A stretch of 64,000 bases of DNA from Candidatus Cloacimonadales bacterium (GCA_963662275.1 OY759316.1:2080001-2144000), one strand, 5' to 3'; positions 22,319-32,132 are shown, counted from the first letter of the stretch. Notes: a model not told the origin generated them from the letters alone. A program made the numbers and translations.

Positions 22319-23239
22319 CTATAAGTCCACACAGAAATGCCCCACCACATCTATTAATTTTGATAAGGTAATCGCATCAGGCGAAATTGTCAAATCGAAA
22401 TTGCATTTATTATACCAAGTCCATTGGCGTTTAGCATAATTACGAGTATGCTGTTTCGCTTTGATTAAACAATTCTGCCACGAATCCAATTTAGTGAAAT
22501 AAGGTATAAACTCTCTGTAACCAACTGCATTCATCCCAGGATCTCGCCAATCATAACCATTATGCAGCAGGTCTTCTATTTCTCGTAAAATCCCTTTCTC
22601 AATCATAGTGTCAAGTCTTTTCTCGATTCTCTGGTACAATTCAGAACGATTAGGAGAAATGAATATTCTTAACGCCCTGAATGGTGAAGTATGCTCTTGG
22701 TGTTTCCAGTGTTCTGTAATGGGAGTACCTGTGAATTTCCATACCTCCAAAGCACGAAGGATACGCTGTTGATCATTTACACTTATCTTACTGGCAGCAA
22801 TAGGATCTATCTTTGAAAGATACTGATGAAGAAACTCCAAGCCATTCTTTTCCTGGAGTTCACGAAACTCCTGTTTCACTTCAATTGGAACTTGTGGTAT
22901 TGTGAATAGTCCATGTAATAGGGAACGAATATAGAGACCTGTTCCACCAGCAATAATTGGTATTTTCTTTTGTGACCACAATACAGCACAAATCTTTCCA
23001 GCCTGGTTTTTGAAATCCCCTGCTGTGTATGTTTCTTTAATATCAATGATATCAATGAGATGATGATGTACCATTTCCTGTTCTTCTTTTGAAGGTTTTG
23101 CCGTACCGATATCCAGTTTCTGGTACACTTGGCGTGAATCGGCAGAGATCAATTCAGTGCCTAATTCCAAGGCAAGCTGCATGGCAATGGCGCTTTTTCC
23201 TGAACCTGTAGGACCTTCTATTGTAATAATTGGAATCAT
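22319..23239 (-). CDS. miaA: tRNA dimethylallyltransferase
   Basis: GPTGSGKS, ISADSRQVY, GGTGLY, TRNYAKRQ. Confidence 0.97.
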   Translation of the reverse strand: MIPIITIEGPTGSGKSAIAMQLALELGTELISADSRQVYQKLDIGTAKPSKEEQEMVHHHLIDIIDIKETYTAGDFKNQAGKICAVLWSQKKIPIIAGGTGLYIRSLLHGLFTIPQVPIEVKQEFRELQEKNGLEFLHQYLSKIDPIAASKISVNDQQRILRALEVWKFTGTPITEHWKHQEHTSPFRALRIFISPNRSELYQRIEKRLDTMIEKGILREIEDLLHNGYDWRDPGMNAVGYREFIPYFTKLDSWQNCLIKAKQHTRNYAKRQWTWYNKCNFDLTISPDAITLSKLIDVVGHFCVDL

Positions 23240-25122
23240 ATTAGTCTTTTAAAACGCTTTTCCAACTCATTCAAAGACATTCGTATCATCAATGGTCTGC
23301 CATGTGGACAAAAATATGGAACTTGGCAAGCAAAGAGGTCATTGATGAGTACAAGCATTTCCTTACGACTCAGCTTCTTACCGGCTTTAATTGCAGCCTT
23401 GCAGGCAACGGATTTAGAAATACTGTCACGGAAATCCTCCGTGGTTTCATATTCTGATTCAAACTGCTTTAAGATCTCAATAAACAGCTCTCCCCCTTCC
23501 CAATCTTCAATTTCTATGGGGATTTCCTCAATCACAACCGAGTTACCGCTAAATGATTTAATGGAGAAACCTACTTTATAAAATGCTTCAAGATTTTGTT
23601 CTATCTGCTCCATTACCAATGAACTAATGTAAGGAGGAATATCCACAACGATGGGAAATAATAGTTTTTGAGTTTCTGCTGCCAAACCGTGCAGACGATG
23701 TATGATCTTTTCGTAGATTATTCTTTCATGGGCAGCATGTTGGTCAATAATCATTAAACCATCTTCCACCTGGATAAATATATAGGACTGATGCAGTTGC
23801 CACGGATTCACTAAATCTTCTTCCGACGGTAAAAAGAATGAAATATCCTGCTGGTCAGGAACAACTTTATGCGCCTCTTCCCCACCTTTTAACACTGGAC
23901 GCTGGGTAAATAAATCCGGCTGCTGATAAAGCTCTCCGAAAGGTTTCCGGTAGCTTGTAAATCTTGGTTCACTATTCCCGTTTGAATTTCGAAGTCCGAA
24001 GTTCGAAGTTCGAACATCGGAATCGTTTTCACTACGCAGTGGAATGTTATTTATAACATTTTCTGAATTCTTCTCTTCTCCGCTCGCACTTCGATTGAAT
24101 CGTTTCTCTTCATAATCCAGCAAAGCATTTGTGATCGTATTCGTCACAAATCCAAACACAAGCTGTGTATCTCTGAACCTGACTTCTGATTTTGCAGGAT
24201 GCACATTAATATCTATCAATTCGGGATTAATATTCAAAAACAAAATATACGGAGGCAGGTTCCCCTGGTTGTAAGAGCGGTTCTTTTTCAGGAATGGTTC
24301 ATACGCTGAACGAATACTATGCTGAACGATTTTATCAGTGATATAGCGTCCGTTAATGAACAGATAGCGATAGTCGGCATAACTGCTTTTCTCTTCTTCC
24401 AGTCCACCGATATAGCCTTCCATTTGAATCGCTGATTGCTGATGATTTATTCTGATCCAATCCGCATCCAGGAAAGGTGTACCGAAGACAGCCTGCATGC
24501 GTGCATCACGTGAATCTGTTTGCGGATAATGAAGCCGTTCCTTGCCATCTACGACAAAACGAAAAGCAATATTTGGGAATAATATCGCCTGATAATGTAG
24601 GTAGTTCATGATATGCTTGAGTTCAACCTGGTCAGTTTTAAGGAACTTTCGACGCGCCGGTACTTGGCTGAATATCTTACGAACCTGTATGGTAGTGCCA
24701 ACATTAGCTGCAGTTTTTGAGACATTATTGAGCTGTCCATCCCAGAAATCTACTTGAGAGGCAAGCTCTGAGTCAGCTTCCCGGGTAATGAGAGTCAGCT
24801 TACTGACAGAAGCAATGGAAGGCAATGCTTCACCCCGAAAACCGAGAGTGGAAATGGCTATGATGTCATCCACTGTACGAATCTTGGAAGTGCCATGGCG
24901 TTCAAAAGCAGTCAACGCATCATCGGGACTCATCCCGGAACCGTTATCAATGACCTGGATCAGGTCTTTACCACCATTCTCAACAGTAATGGAAATGGAA
25001 TCTGCACCGGCATCAATAGAATTCTCAACCAGTTCCTTCACTACTGAAGCCGGACGTTCTATAACTTCACCGGCAGCGATCCTGTTCGCAACTTCTTCTG
25101 CCAGTACTTTAATTTTATTCAT
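23236..25122 (-). CDS. mutL: DNA mismatch repair endonuclease MutL
   Basis: IAAGEVIERPASVVKELVENS, GFRGEAL, DQHAAHERIIYE, ACK, CPHGRP. Confidence 0.98.
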   Translation of the reverse strand: MNKIKVLAEEVANRIAAGEVIERPASVVKELVENSIDAGADSISITVENGGKDLIQVIDNGSGMSPDDALTAFERHGTSKIRTVDDIIAISTLGFRGEALPSIASVSKLTLITREADSELASQVDFWDGQLNNVSKTAANVGTTIQVRKIFSQVPARRKFLKTDQVELKHIMNYLHYQAILFPNIAFRFVVDGKERLHYPQTDSRDARMQAVFGTPFLDADWIRINHQQSAIQMEGYIGGLEEEKSSYADYRYLFINGRYITDKIVQHSIRSAYEPFLKKNRSYNQGNLPPYILFLNINPELIDINVHPAKSEVRFRDTQLVFGFVTNTITNALLDYEEKRFNRSASGEEKNSENVINNIPLRSENDSDVRTSNFGLRNSNGNSEPRFTSYRKPFGELYQQPDLFTQRPVLKGGEEAHKVVPDQQDISFFLPSEEDLVNPWQLHQSYIFIQVEDGLMIIDQHAAHERIIYEKIIHRLHGLAAETQKLLFPIVVDIPPYISSLVMEQIEQNLEAFYKVGFSIKSFSGNSVVIEEIPIEIEDWEGGELFIEILKQFESEYETTEDFRDSISKSVACKAAIKAGKKLSRKEMLVLINDLFACQVPYFCPHGRPLMIRMSLNELEKRFKRLI

Positions 25123-25149
25123 TCATTTCTCCAATAAGTTCTGCTCTGG

Positions 25150-25206
25150 TCTCCCTCCCATTTGTAAAGGGAGGGATTAAGGGAGAGCTAGTTCTGTTCT
25201 GCTCTG
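25150..25206. repeat. CCCTCCC-Nx-GGGAGGG REP-like palindrome, copy 2
   Basis: ctccctcccatttgtaaagggagggattaagggagagctagttctg. Confidence 0.8.
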
Positions 25207-25397
25207 CTCTTTTCTGCTCTGAGCTATTCCCTATTCCCAATTTACTATTCCCATCTGCTAAGTCTGACTTAGCCCCTTCTGCAACGTAAAATTGAAGAAG
25301 TAACTTTGATTGTCAATATAATTACCCCCCTACCTGAGGGGGGATTAAGGGGGGGCAACTTCTTCTCTGCCCATATTTCATTTCCCATTTCCCATTA

Positions 25398-25445
25398 TCC
25401 CAGAGGTTCCTCCTCTGGCTATCGGATTTCATACATCCGATATGT
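25398..25445. repeat. REP-like 48-bp repeat (CCAGAGG...CTGGCTATCGGATTTC family)
   Basis: 44/48 identical by eye to 59635-59682; related to the arms at 26601 and 26748. Confidence 0.85.
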
Positions 25446-25496
25446 TATGCCTCTGCCATTTTTTAATTTTTAACTTTTAATTCTCTTCCCTAATTC

Positions 25497-26363
25497 TTAA
25501 TTCTTAATTCCCTTGTATCCTCTCATGATAAACCCATACCCCACAAACAGTATCACTGCCAGTATCCCAAAGACGATAAGCTGAGGGAACTGAAATGTCG
25601 GATCATGCTTGAAGAACATCACCCAGCCCATGGCATTCACGGCAAGGATCTGAGTCAGAAAGAAACCATACAGCAGGTTTTGTATGGGAAAGGATGTCTC
25701 TCTCCGTGTCCAAAGCAGATACACACTGATGAATCCCAGGGGAATACAGAAGCCAAGATCAACCGCGCGGACAAGCCAGAAAGCTGTTGGAGCTTCCGCA
25801 TAACCATTTGAAGTACCAGTCTGCATCACTTCTATAATTCCTTTGATCCACATGGAAGCAAAGATCATTAGGAAAAGAGGAAACAAGACTGAATATACGA
25901 TCAAACCAGCCTTTTTGAAATGGCTGGAAACTTTCCCGGGAAACAATGAGAGCGAATAGAGTAGTAAGATCAAACCCGCAATGATGATATAGATGAAATG
26001 AAATGCAAATTTCTCACTATTCCCGGTATAGACTGCAGAACTCCACTCCCAGCCGATGCTATAGGATAACGCATAGTAGAATAGAAATAATGGTGATGCT
26101 GCCAGCAGATACTTGGCGATCTGTTTTCTCAGGAGCAGGCAGATACCGCCTATGATCAATATTGGACACATCACGACCAGGTTGATGATATCCTGCCCGA
26201 TCAATTGATTATTTACCGTGATGTGTGTTTTGTATTGTATGATATTCATATACAAGGGACCTAAGATTGCCAAATATGCCAGTAAAATACCCGTTACAAT
26301 TGCTAACAATGAAACGAAAATACGTTCAAAGGACGAACCAAAACCAGGTGATGCACTATCCAT
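25497..26363 (-). CDS. Hypothetical polytopic membrane protein
   Basis: About 8 hydrophobic segments; GAGG RBS upstream. Confidence 0.75.
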   Translation of the reverse strand: MDSASPGFGSSFERIFVSLLAIVTGILLAYLAILGPLYMNIIQYKTHITVNNQLIGQDIINLVVMCPILIIGGICLLLRKQIAKYLLAASPLFLFYYALSYSIGWEWSSAVYTGNSEKFAFHFIYIIIAGLILLLYSLSLFPGKVSSHFKKAGLIVYSVLFPLFLMIFASMWIKGIIEVMQTGTSNGYAEAPTAFWLVRAVDLGFCIPLGFISVYLLWTRRETSFPIQNLLYGFFLTQILAVNAMGWVMFFKHDPTFQFPQLIVFGILAVILFVGYGFIMRGYKGIKN

Positions 26364-26447
26364 ACAATACCTCTAAGCTAAAATTTCTTTATGCACAACA
26401 AATTATGAAAGTAATTATTTGAAGTCAATAAATTGATAAAATGTCTT

Positions 26448-26503
26448 TCCCTCCCATTTGCAAAGGGAGGGTGGCTTTAGCCGGGAGAGCTAGTTCTTCT
26501 CTG
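26448..26503. repeat. CCCTCCC-Nx-GGGAGGG REP-like palindrome, copy 3
   Basis: tccctcccatttgcaaagggaggg...gggagagctagttct. Confidence 0.8.
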
Positions 26504-26600
26504 CTCCGCTATGTTCTTCTCTACATCCGACTGGCATCTATTGATTAAAAAGAGCAGCCCCTAAGACCTGATAAACCAGGCTTTCATTCTCAATCTCATA

Positions 26601-26787
26601 GAGATGAAATCCAATAGCCAGTGGCGTAAGCCTCTGGGATCGATGGGAAATGAGACAATAATATCAATTACACCAAACCCCTCTTACCAATTTTGCGTGT
26701 TAAATTGGTATGAGGGGTTTGGTGGTTAAAAAACTCGTGATTTATCATACCTGAGGCTTACGCCACAGGCTATCGGATTTTACATCT
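26601..26787. mobile_element. MITE/REPIN-like element: ~38-bp terminal inverted arms with a central hairpin
   Basis: GAGATGAAATCCAATAGCCAGTGGCGTAAGCCTC pairs with GAGGCTTACGCCACAGGCTATCGGATTTTACATCTC; inner CACCAAACCCCTC...GAGGGGTTTGGTG. Confidence 0.65.
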
Positions 26788-27046
26788 CCGATGTTGTACA
26801 AGATTCCAAAATAATGAGCAGCCCACAAGACCTGCATATTTACAATATGCTTATGGCTATACCAAGGTTTCCTTAGGATTTACTTACTCACATCGTTAAA
26901 GTGAATCTTAGAAGTAAACTCTTGGGAACCACTTTGTCAGCTTGTTTGTTTATTGAGTTATTTTATATTATGTATAGATTTTATAGCGTGCTTATAGCTT
27001 CCACAGAAAGCTTAAAAAAAGCAAAAATCAAAAGCCAAACCCCAAA

Positions 27047-27907
27047 TCATTTAGACCTAAACAAACGGAACCCGAAGATAGTGCCCCCATAGTCGGGACT
27101 ACCGGAGTCGCAGTAGGAAACACGGCAACTGAGGGCGACGGTGTACCACGAACCACCCCGCAACAGTCGACACAAGCCAGCATCTGCACCCTTCGGATCG
27201 GAAACAGTTCTCTTTCTGTCACAGTTTAAACTATACCAGTCCCAACACCATTCCCAGACATTTCCACTCATATCATATAATCCAAGTTCATTCGCCTGCT
27301 TCTGACCAACCTGGTGAGTTGTGCTTGAGGAATTGTCAGCAAACCACGCAACACTGCCCAGATCATTGCTTCCAGCATATGTATACCCTTTGCTCTTGTT
27401 ACCACCTTTGGCAGCAAATTCCCATTCTGCTTCAGTAGGAAGTCTAAAACCATTTGCGCTCCAATCACAGGCGATGTTTTCACCGCATCCGCTATAACAG
27501 GGTGTCAACCCTTCTATTTGACTCAGCTTGTTGCAAAATTCCACACAGTCATGCCAAGATACGGTCTCTACTGGAAGGTTATCACCTTTGAAATAGGATG
27601 GGTTATTGTCCATCACTTCATGCCACTGCTTTTGAGTTACTTGGTATTTGCTGACATAAAAAGAAGAGAGAGTAACCTGATGAGTAGGCTTTTCACTGTA
27701 TGGTCCCCCACCGGTAGTATCGCCCATAGTGAAAGACCTGCCTTCAACAAAAACCATATTCTCATTCAACTTTTGCGATTGATCTAAATCTTCATTGCTA
27801 ATTATTTTTGGTGCAGTAGGATGCGGTTTATTCTTTTCTCGCTTTTTACCGCACTTTGTACATTTGTTTCCATTCCATTTATGACCAAAAAAGCATGAAA
27901 ATCCCAT
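27047..27907 (-). CDS. Formylglycine-generating enzyme (FGE/SUMF1) family CLec-fold protein; candidate DGR target
   Basis: FTMG, YQVTQ, PVETVSW, RLPTEAEWEFAA, GLYDMSGNVWEWC, RGGSW...GFR; N-terminal CxxxGHKW...CxxCG motif. Confidence 0.9.
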   Translation of the reverse strand: MGFSCFFGHKWNGNKCTKCGKKREKNKPHPTAPKIISNEDLDQSQKLNENMVFVEGRSFTMGDTTGGGPYSEKPTHQVTLSSFYVSKYQVTQKQWHEVMDNNPSYFKGDNLPVETVSWHDCVEFCNKLSQIEGLTPCYSGCGENIACDWSANGFRLPTEAEWEFAAKGGNKSKGYTYAGSNDLGSVAWFADNSSSTTHQVGQKQANELGLYDMSGNVWEWCWDWYSLNCDRKRTVSDPKGADAGLCRLLRGGSWYTVALSCRVSYCDSGSPDYGGTIFGFRLFRSK

Positions 27908-27925
27908 AATAATATATCCTTCTTA

Positions 27926-28998
27926 CTACAATTCTACATCTGTCTCTATCTTCAGCTCTTTATCACCTTCATATCCAGCAAACTTCATCATATTCTTACA
28001 ATGTCCAACAATCGCATCAGCAGAGCGATTGCCTTCAGTGAACCAACTATTGTCTAGTTTAATTGCTTCATGGAATTCATCTCTATCCTTCGAAACCCTG
28101 TAAACTCCTTCAATAGCCAAATTGGCTTTGATCTTGATCAAATGGTTATACGTGACAATCTTCACATCTCTCCAAGTATTTACATTATACCAGGTATCAA
28201 TTACAAAGACTCTTTTTGGCATATTACCGCGATATAATGATGGTTTGAGTATTGACGTAGTTTTCTTAACGGGTTTAGGATTGGGAGTATCAATCACAAT
28301 TACTGGTTCAATAGGTACGAGTTTCTTCTCCCACAATCTCTTTATCTCTTCTAATGAAATCTCATGCCCACGTTCTTTCAGAATGAATTGCACAAGCTGA
28401 TAGTTATTCAGTTCAGGAAACTCACTGGTTTTATCTTTGGCATCATGTTTGGCTATTTCAATTTCCTTACTGAGTTTGAGATCATTGAGCATCTTCTCAG
28501 CGGTATTCACAGCATCTTTGACAAACCGATTCTTTGAAAGCACCTCAGTAAGAATAGAAACGATGTAATCTATATTATCTTCAATCAAATCAAAGGTGCA
28601 GAAAAGCTTCTGAGCAAATGTACCGGTAGCAGATGATAGATAGAACCGCCAGATCTTTCCATCTGTTAGTATGGTGATGGAGGCTGTATTAAAGAAATTA
28701 TAATCCTGTAATTGATCTTCAGAACTTTCGATGTTGCCTCTCATTTTACCAACAGCTTTCACTTCAAAGAATACACCGGTGTTTTCTCTTTCATCAGACT
28801 ATGAAACAGAACGACATCCACACTCCCTTCTTTGGTTTTCAGCTTAATCGGATATTCGGTATAAAACTCTTCCGGATTCCAGATATCCCAACCCAATTCC
28901 TGGCAGATACGGGCAACGATTCCCAAACGGACATGTTCTTCTTTGGTGTAGGAGTGGTTTTCTAACTTCTTTTTAATATCTTCAATTACTTTAATCAT
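27926..28998 (-). pseudogene. Frameshifted HsdR_N-like PD-(D/E)xK restriction endonuclease-like gene
   Basis: ORF1 (LGWDIWNP, EY, VDVVL) ends at 28759; the shifted frame continues VFFEVKAVG...ILTDGKIWRFY; apparent 1-nt loss near 28778. Confidence 0.75.
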
Positions 28999-29057
28999 GA
29001 TAAACCTCTCAACCTTATTTATTGAATGTAATTTTCTTTGGCAAGGAAAAAGTCAGT

Positions 29058-29177
29058 GAATTAAGAATTAACAATTCGACTTCGCTCAATGAGAAATTAA
29101 AAAGTTAAGAATTATCAGAAAGAGATGTGCAGAATTTAAGATTTAAGATTTAAGATTGAAGATTGAAAAGATTGGAA
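29058..29177. repeat. Heptamer arrays (AATTAAG/ATTTAAG family)
   Basis: aattaag aattaac; atttaag x3 followed by attgaag-type units. Confidence 0.8.
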
Positions 29178-29577
29178 GAGCATAACTAAGGGAACGCCGA
29201 ATTGCTTTCGGTGGTTGTTGCATTGTTTGCAACGTCTTCTTTTTCATATTACTTTAGACTGCATGTTCATTTCCTATGGCTTAGTTCTGCAGTTATTTGT
29301 GGAACTATGTCTTATCGATTTCCATTTAAAAATGCATAGCCGTTTCAAAACAGCGTTCCGAGATTGCAACACGGTTTGTAACGCGTTATTCATAAGGTGT
29401 ACCGCTATATTTATATAGCATCGTGTCTGGTTCTGTGACATAAGATTGTATCTTGTTGAACGAAGCTGCAAGCAGCAGTACCGTTCGCAGTAAACTCGTG
29501 TTTCATGCATTTAAACTATTGATATACTGAACCCTCACTAAAAGCATACTTACCCCCAAAATTAACTGGAGGTAAGT

Positions 29578-30450
29578 ATGGAATCATACGAAGTTCGCTT
29601 TTTAGAGTGCCTTGATCTTCGAGGCGTGTCCCGAGAGACAAAATACAATTACATCAGACAAGTCACTTCTTTAGCATCATATTATGGTCAAGACCCCGGC
29701 ACACTATCTATTGAACAGGTAAGAACATATTTTGTCTACCTGCATAACGTCAAGAATTATAGTCCTCAGAGTTTAAAATCAGCCTATTATGGCATCAGAT
29801 TTTTTTTCATCCATGTTGTTGGTTTCAGGCAAGAGGATTTTACCTTTTTTAAGGCAAAGATTGAGCACAAACTTCCTGTGATTCTGACCACAGACGAAGT
29901 TAGAATGCTTATCTCCCGCATTCATACTTATGATTATCGACTCTTACTGACTCTTACCTATCAATGCGGATTAAGGATTTCGGAAGCAGTCAAGATTAAA
30001 ATAGCCGATATCAACCGGGAATTGATGACCATCACGGTAAGGCAATCCAAAGGCAACAAAGACAGGTCAATACCTCTGCCTGAAAAATTGTATCAGGAAC
30101 TCCGGGAATATTGGAAAACCCATCAGAACAGACAGCTTTTATTCCCGAGCAGAAGCACCAGACAGGCTGATATTAACAGAATGACAACCTCGAACCAGAT
30201 TTCTGTCCAAACTCTTCGGTCAGCTCTGAAGTCAGCCTTAAAGGAGACACGCATCCCTAAGCATGTAACCTGTCATACACTCAGACATTCTTATGCCACA
30301 CATTTATTGGAAGCAGGTGTCAGTATCATCATCATCAAAGACTTGCTCGGGCACGAAAGTCTTAGAGCGACCATGGTATACGTGCATTTGACTAACGTTT
30401 CCCGAGAGCAGTCATGTAAAATCATCAATGAACTGATGAATAAGATGTAA
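29578..30450 (+). CDS. Tyrosine recombinase/integrase with N-terminal SAM-like domain
   Basis: GLRISE, KGNKDR, HTLRHSYATHLLE, LLGH, TMVYVH; GGAGG RBS. Confidence 0.95.
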   Translation: MESYEVRFLECLDLRGVSRETKYNYIRQVTSLASYYGQDPGTLSIEQVRTYFVYLHNVKNYSPQSLKSAYYGIRFFFIHVVGFRQEDFTFFKAKIEHKLPVILTTDEVRMLISRIHTYDYRLLLTLTYQCGLRISEAVKIKIADINRELMTITVRQSKGNKDRSIPLPEKLYQELREYWKTHQNRQLLFPSRSTRQADINRMTTSNQISVQTLRSALKSALKETRIPKHVTCHTLRHSYATHLLEAGVSIIIIKDLLGHESLRATMVYVHLTNVSREQSCKIINELMNKM

Positions 30451-31593
30451 ATGGATTTTAGCAGGATTCTCAAAAACAACCTGTCCGAGTATCTGGAAAA
30501 ATATGGAAACCAGTCACCGGAAAGCCATTTAAGAGCGATCAGAGATATTCTCCTTTGCCGGACACCTGAACTGGGCGGAGAAGTCTATTTATGCCAGGAA
30601 TGTGCGGAACTGCATTATTCCTATCATTCCTGCAAAAACCGTCACTGCCCGAAGTGTGGCCGTAATGATTCAGCGAAATGGCTGGAAAAGCAGCTTGCCA
30701 AACTGCTGCCGGTTAAGTACTTCATGGTAACTTTCACCATACCCCGGGAACTGCACAAAACATGCCTGTCAAATCAGAAACTGCTTTATGATCTTCAGTT
30801 CAAAGCATCATCTGAAGCCTTAAAGACATTGCTTTCAGATCCCAAATATGCCGGTGGCGTTTCAGGCTTTACCGGGGTACTTCATACCTGGACAAGGCAG
30901 CTTGAATATCATCCTCATATTCATTATATAGTCCCCGGCGGAGCTTGGAATAAAGAACGAAAGGAATGGCAAAAAGCAGGCAATAAGTTCCTGATTCCGG
31001 TCAAAGCTCTTTCGGTGATTTACCGGGCAAAATTCCGTGATTTGCTTCGACTGGAAAATCAGCATCTGTTTGGTCGGATATCCCCGCTAGTCTGGCAGCA
31101 AAAAGAGTTTGTCACAGACTCCCGACCCGTCGGAAAAGGTCGGGAGGCTCTGACTTATTTGGCCAATTATGTGTATCGGACCGCCATCACCAACAATCGC
31201 ATCCTTTGGGAAAAGGACGGGCTGGTAACCTTTAAATACAAGCCGGCAGGTTCAGCTAAATTCGCCTTTAAAAGCGTCGACTCCGTGGAGTTTATCAATA
31301 AGTTCCTGATGCATGTTCTGCCGCAGGGATTTCAGAAAATCAGATACTACGGATTTCTCAGTCCGGCGGCAAAATCTGTCTGGGAGATGGTCAACAGCTT
31401 TTTCCCAGCAAAGTCCGATTCTAATGACAAGAATCAGACAGCTAAAACTTTTGTAATTCCCAAATTTGAAAAAGACCTCTGCCCTAATTGCAAATCAAAG
31501 ATGACACAGCATGCTTCAATTACCGGAAAACCAAGATCACCGCCTTGGTCGCTGTTGTTTTTGGCAAATTGCTTTGATGGCGGTAAACTGTAA
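30451..31593 (+). CDS. IS91-family (Y2 HUH) transposase with N-terminal zinc-binding domain
   Basis: CRT..LGG..CxxC..HSCKNRHCPKC; HTW..HPHIH (HUH); YLANY (YxxxY); HVLPQGFQKIRYYG. Confidence 0.93.
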   Translation: MDFSRILKNNLSEYLEKYGNQSPESHLRAIRDILLCRTPELGGEVYLCQECAELHYSYHSCKNRHCPKCGRNDSAKWLEKQLAKLLPVKYFMVTFTIPRELHKTCLSNQKLLYDLQFKASSEALKTLLSDPKYAGGVSGFTGVLHTWTRQLEYHPHIHYIVPGGAWNKERKEWQKAGNKFLIPVKALSVIYRAKFRDLLRLENQHLFGRISPLVWQQKEFVTDSRPVGKGREALTYLANYVYRTAITNNRILWEKDGLVTFKYKPAGSAKFAFKSVDSVEFINKFLMHVLPQGFQKIRYYGFLSPAAKSVWEMVNSFFPAKSDSNDKNQTAKTFVIPKFEKDLCPNCKSKMTQHASITGKPRSPPWSLLFLANCFDGGKL

Positions 31594-32132
31594 GTTAATT
31601 TTACCGACGGGATTGTCTTGCCTAAATTATAGAAACAACCGAAATATTACAGGCAATTTGCTAAAATACTTGAAAACAATATCAGCCCATACACAAAAAG
31701 TCTGATCTCAAAGTGATTTGATAACTTCTGAAAAGAAAATCATCTCTTCCATTGGTAAAAGACTCTGCTAAAATTGTAAAAATCCAATTCAACCCAAGAA
31801 ATCTTCAAAAAGCAATTTCCAAATACATATTCAAAATCACCCTGCTACTTGAGCTTGTTCAACAGCATATCCAATCATGCCTATGATGGGAAATGCTTAT
31901 TATGTTATATCCTTAAGTTTGCAACTTGAGGGTCTTTTTGTCAGAGTTGAATGGTTTCAAACCCAACAACATAACAATTCACAAAATTATGGTTCGATTG
32001 TGAAATCACTAAATGCCGTTTACGTGATTATATTCACGTAATATGCCATTTATTACAAGTTTATATTCTTGTAATCGGCAGATATTCCTTGCCAGCTTTT
32101 GTTAAACCGCTTTTATCGGTTCAGGAGTAATC

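Larger units (their letters stand above)
29455..31863 (+). mobile_element. Tyrosine recombinase + IS91-like transposase element (ends tentative)
   Basis: Two abutting genes; inverted end motifs GTTGAACGAAGC (29455) and GCTTGTTCAAC (ending 31863). Confidence 0.7.

Noticed and set aside
29578..30450. Integron integrase with attC cassettes
   Set aside because: No clear IntI-specific insertion, the gene is paired with a Y2 transposase, and I could not identify repeated attC sites.
27047..31863. Complete DGR cassette
   Set aside because: No reverse transcriptase, avd or template repeat found on either strand; only a VR-like target is supported.
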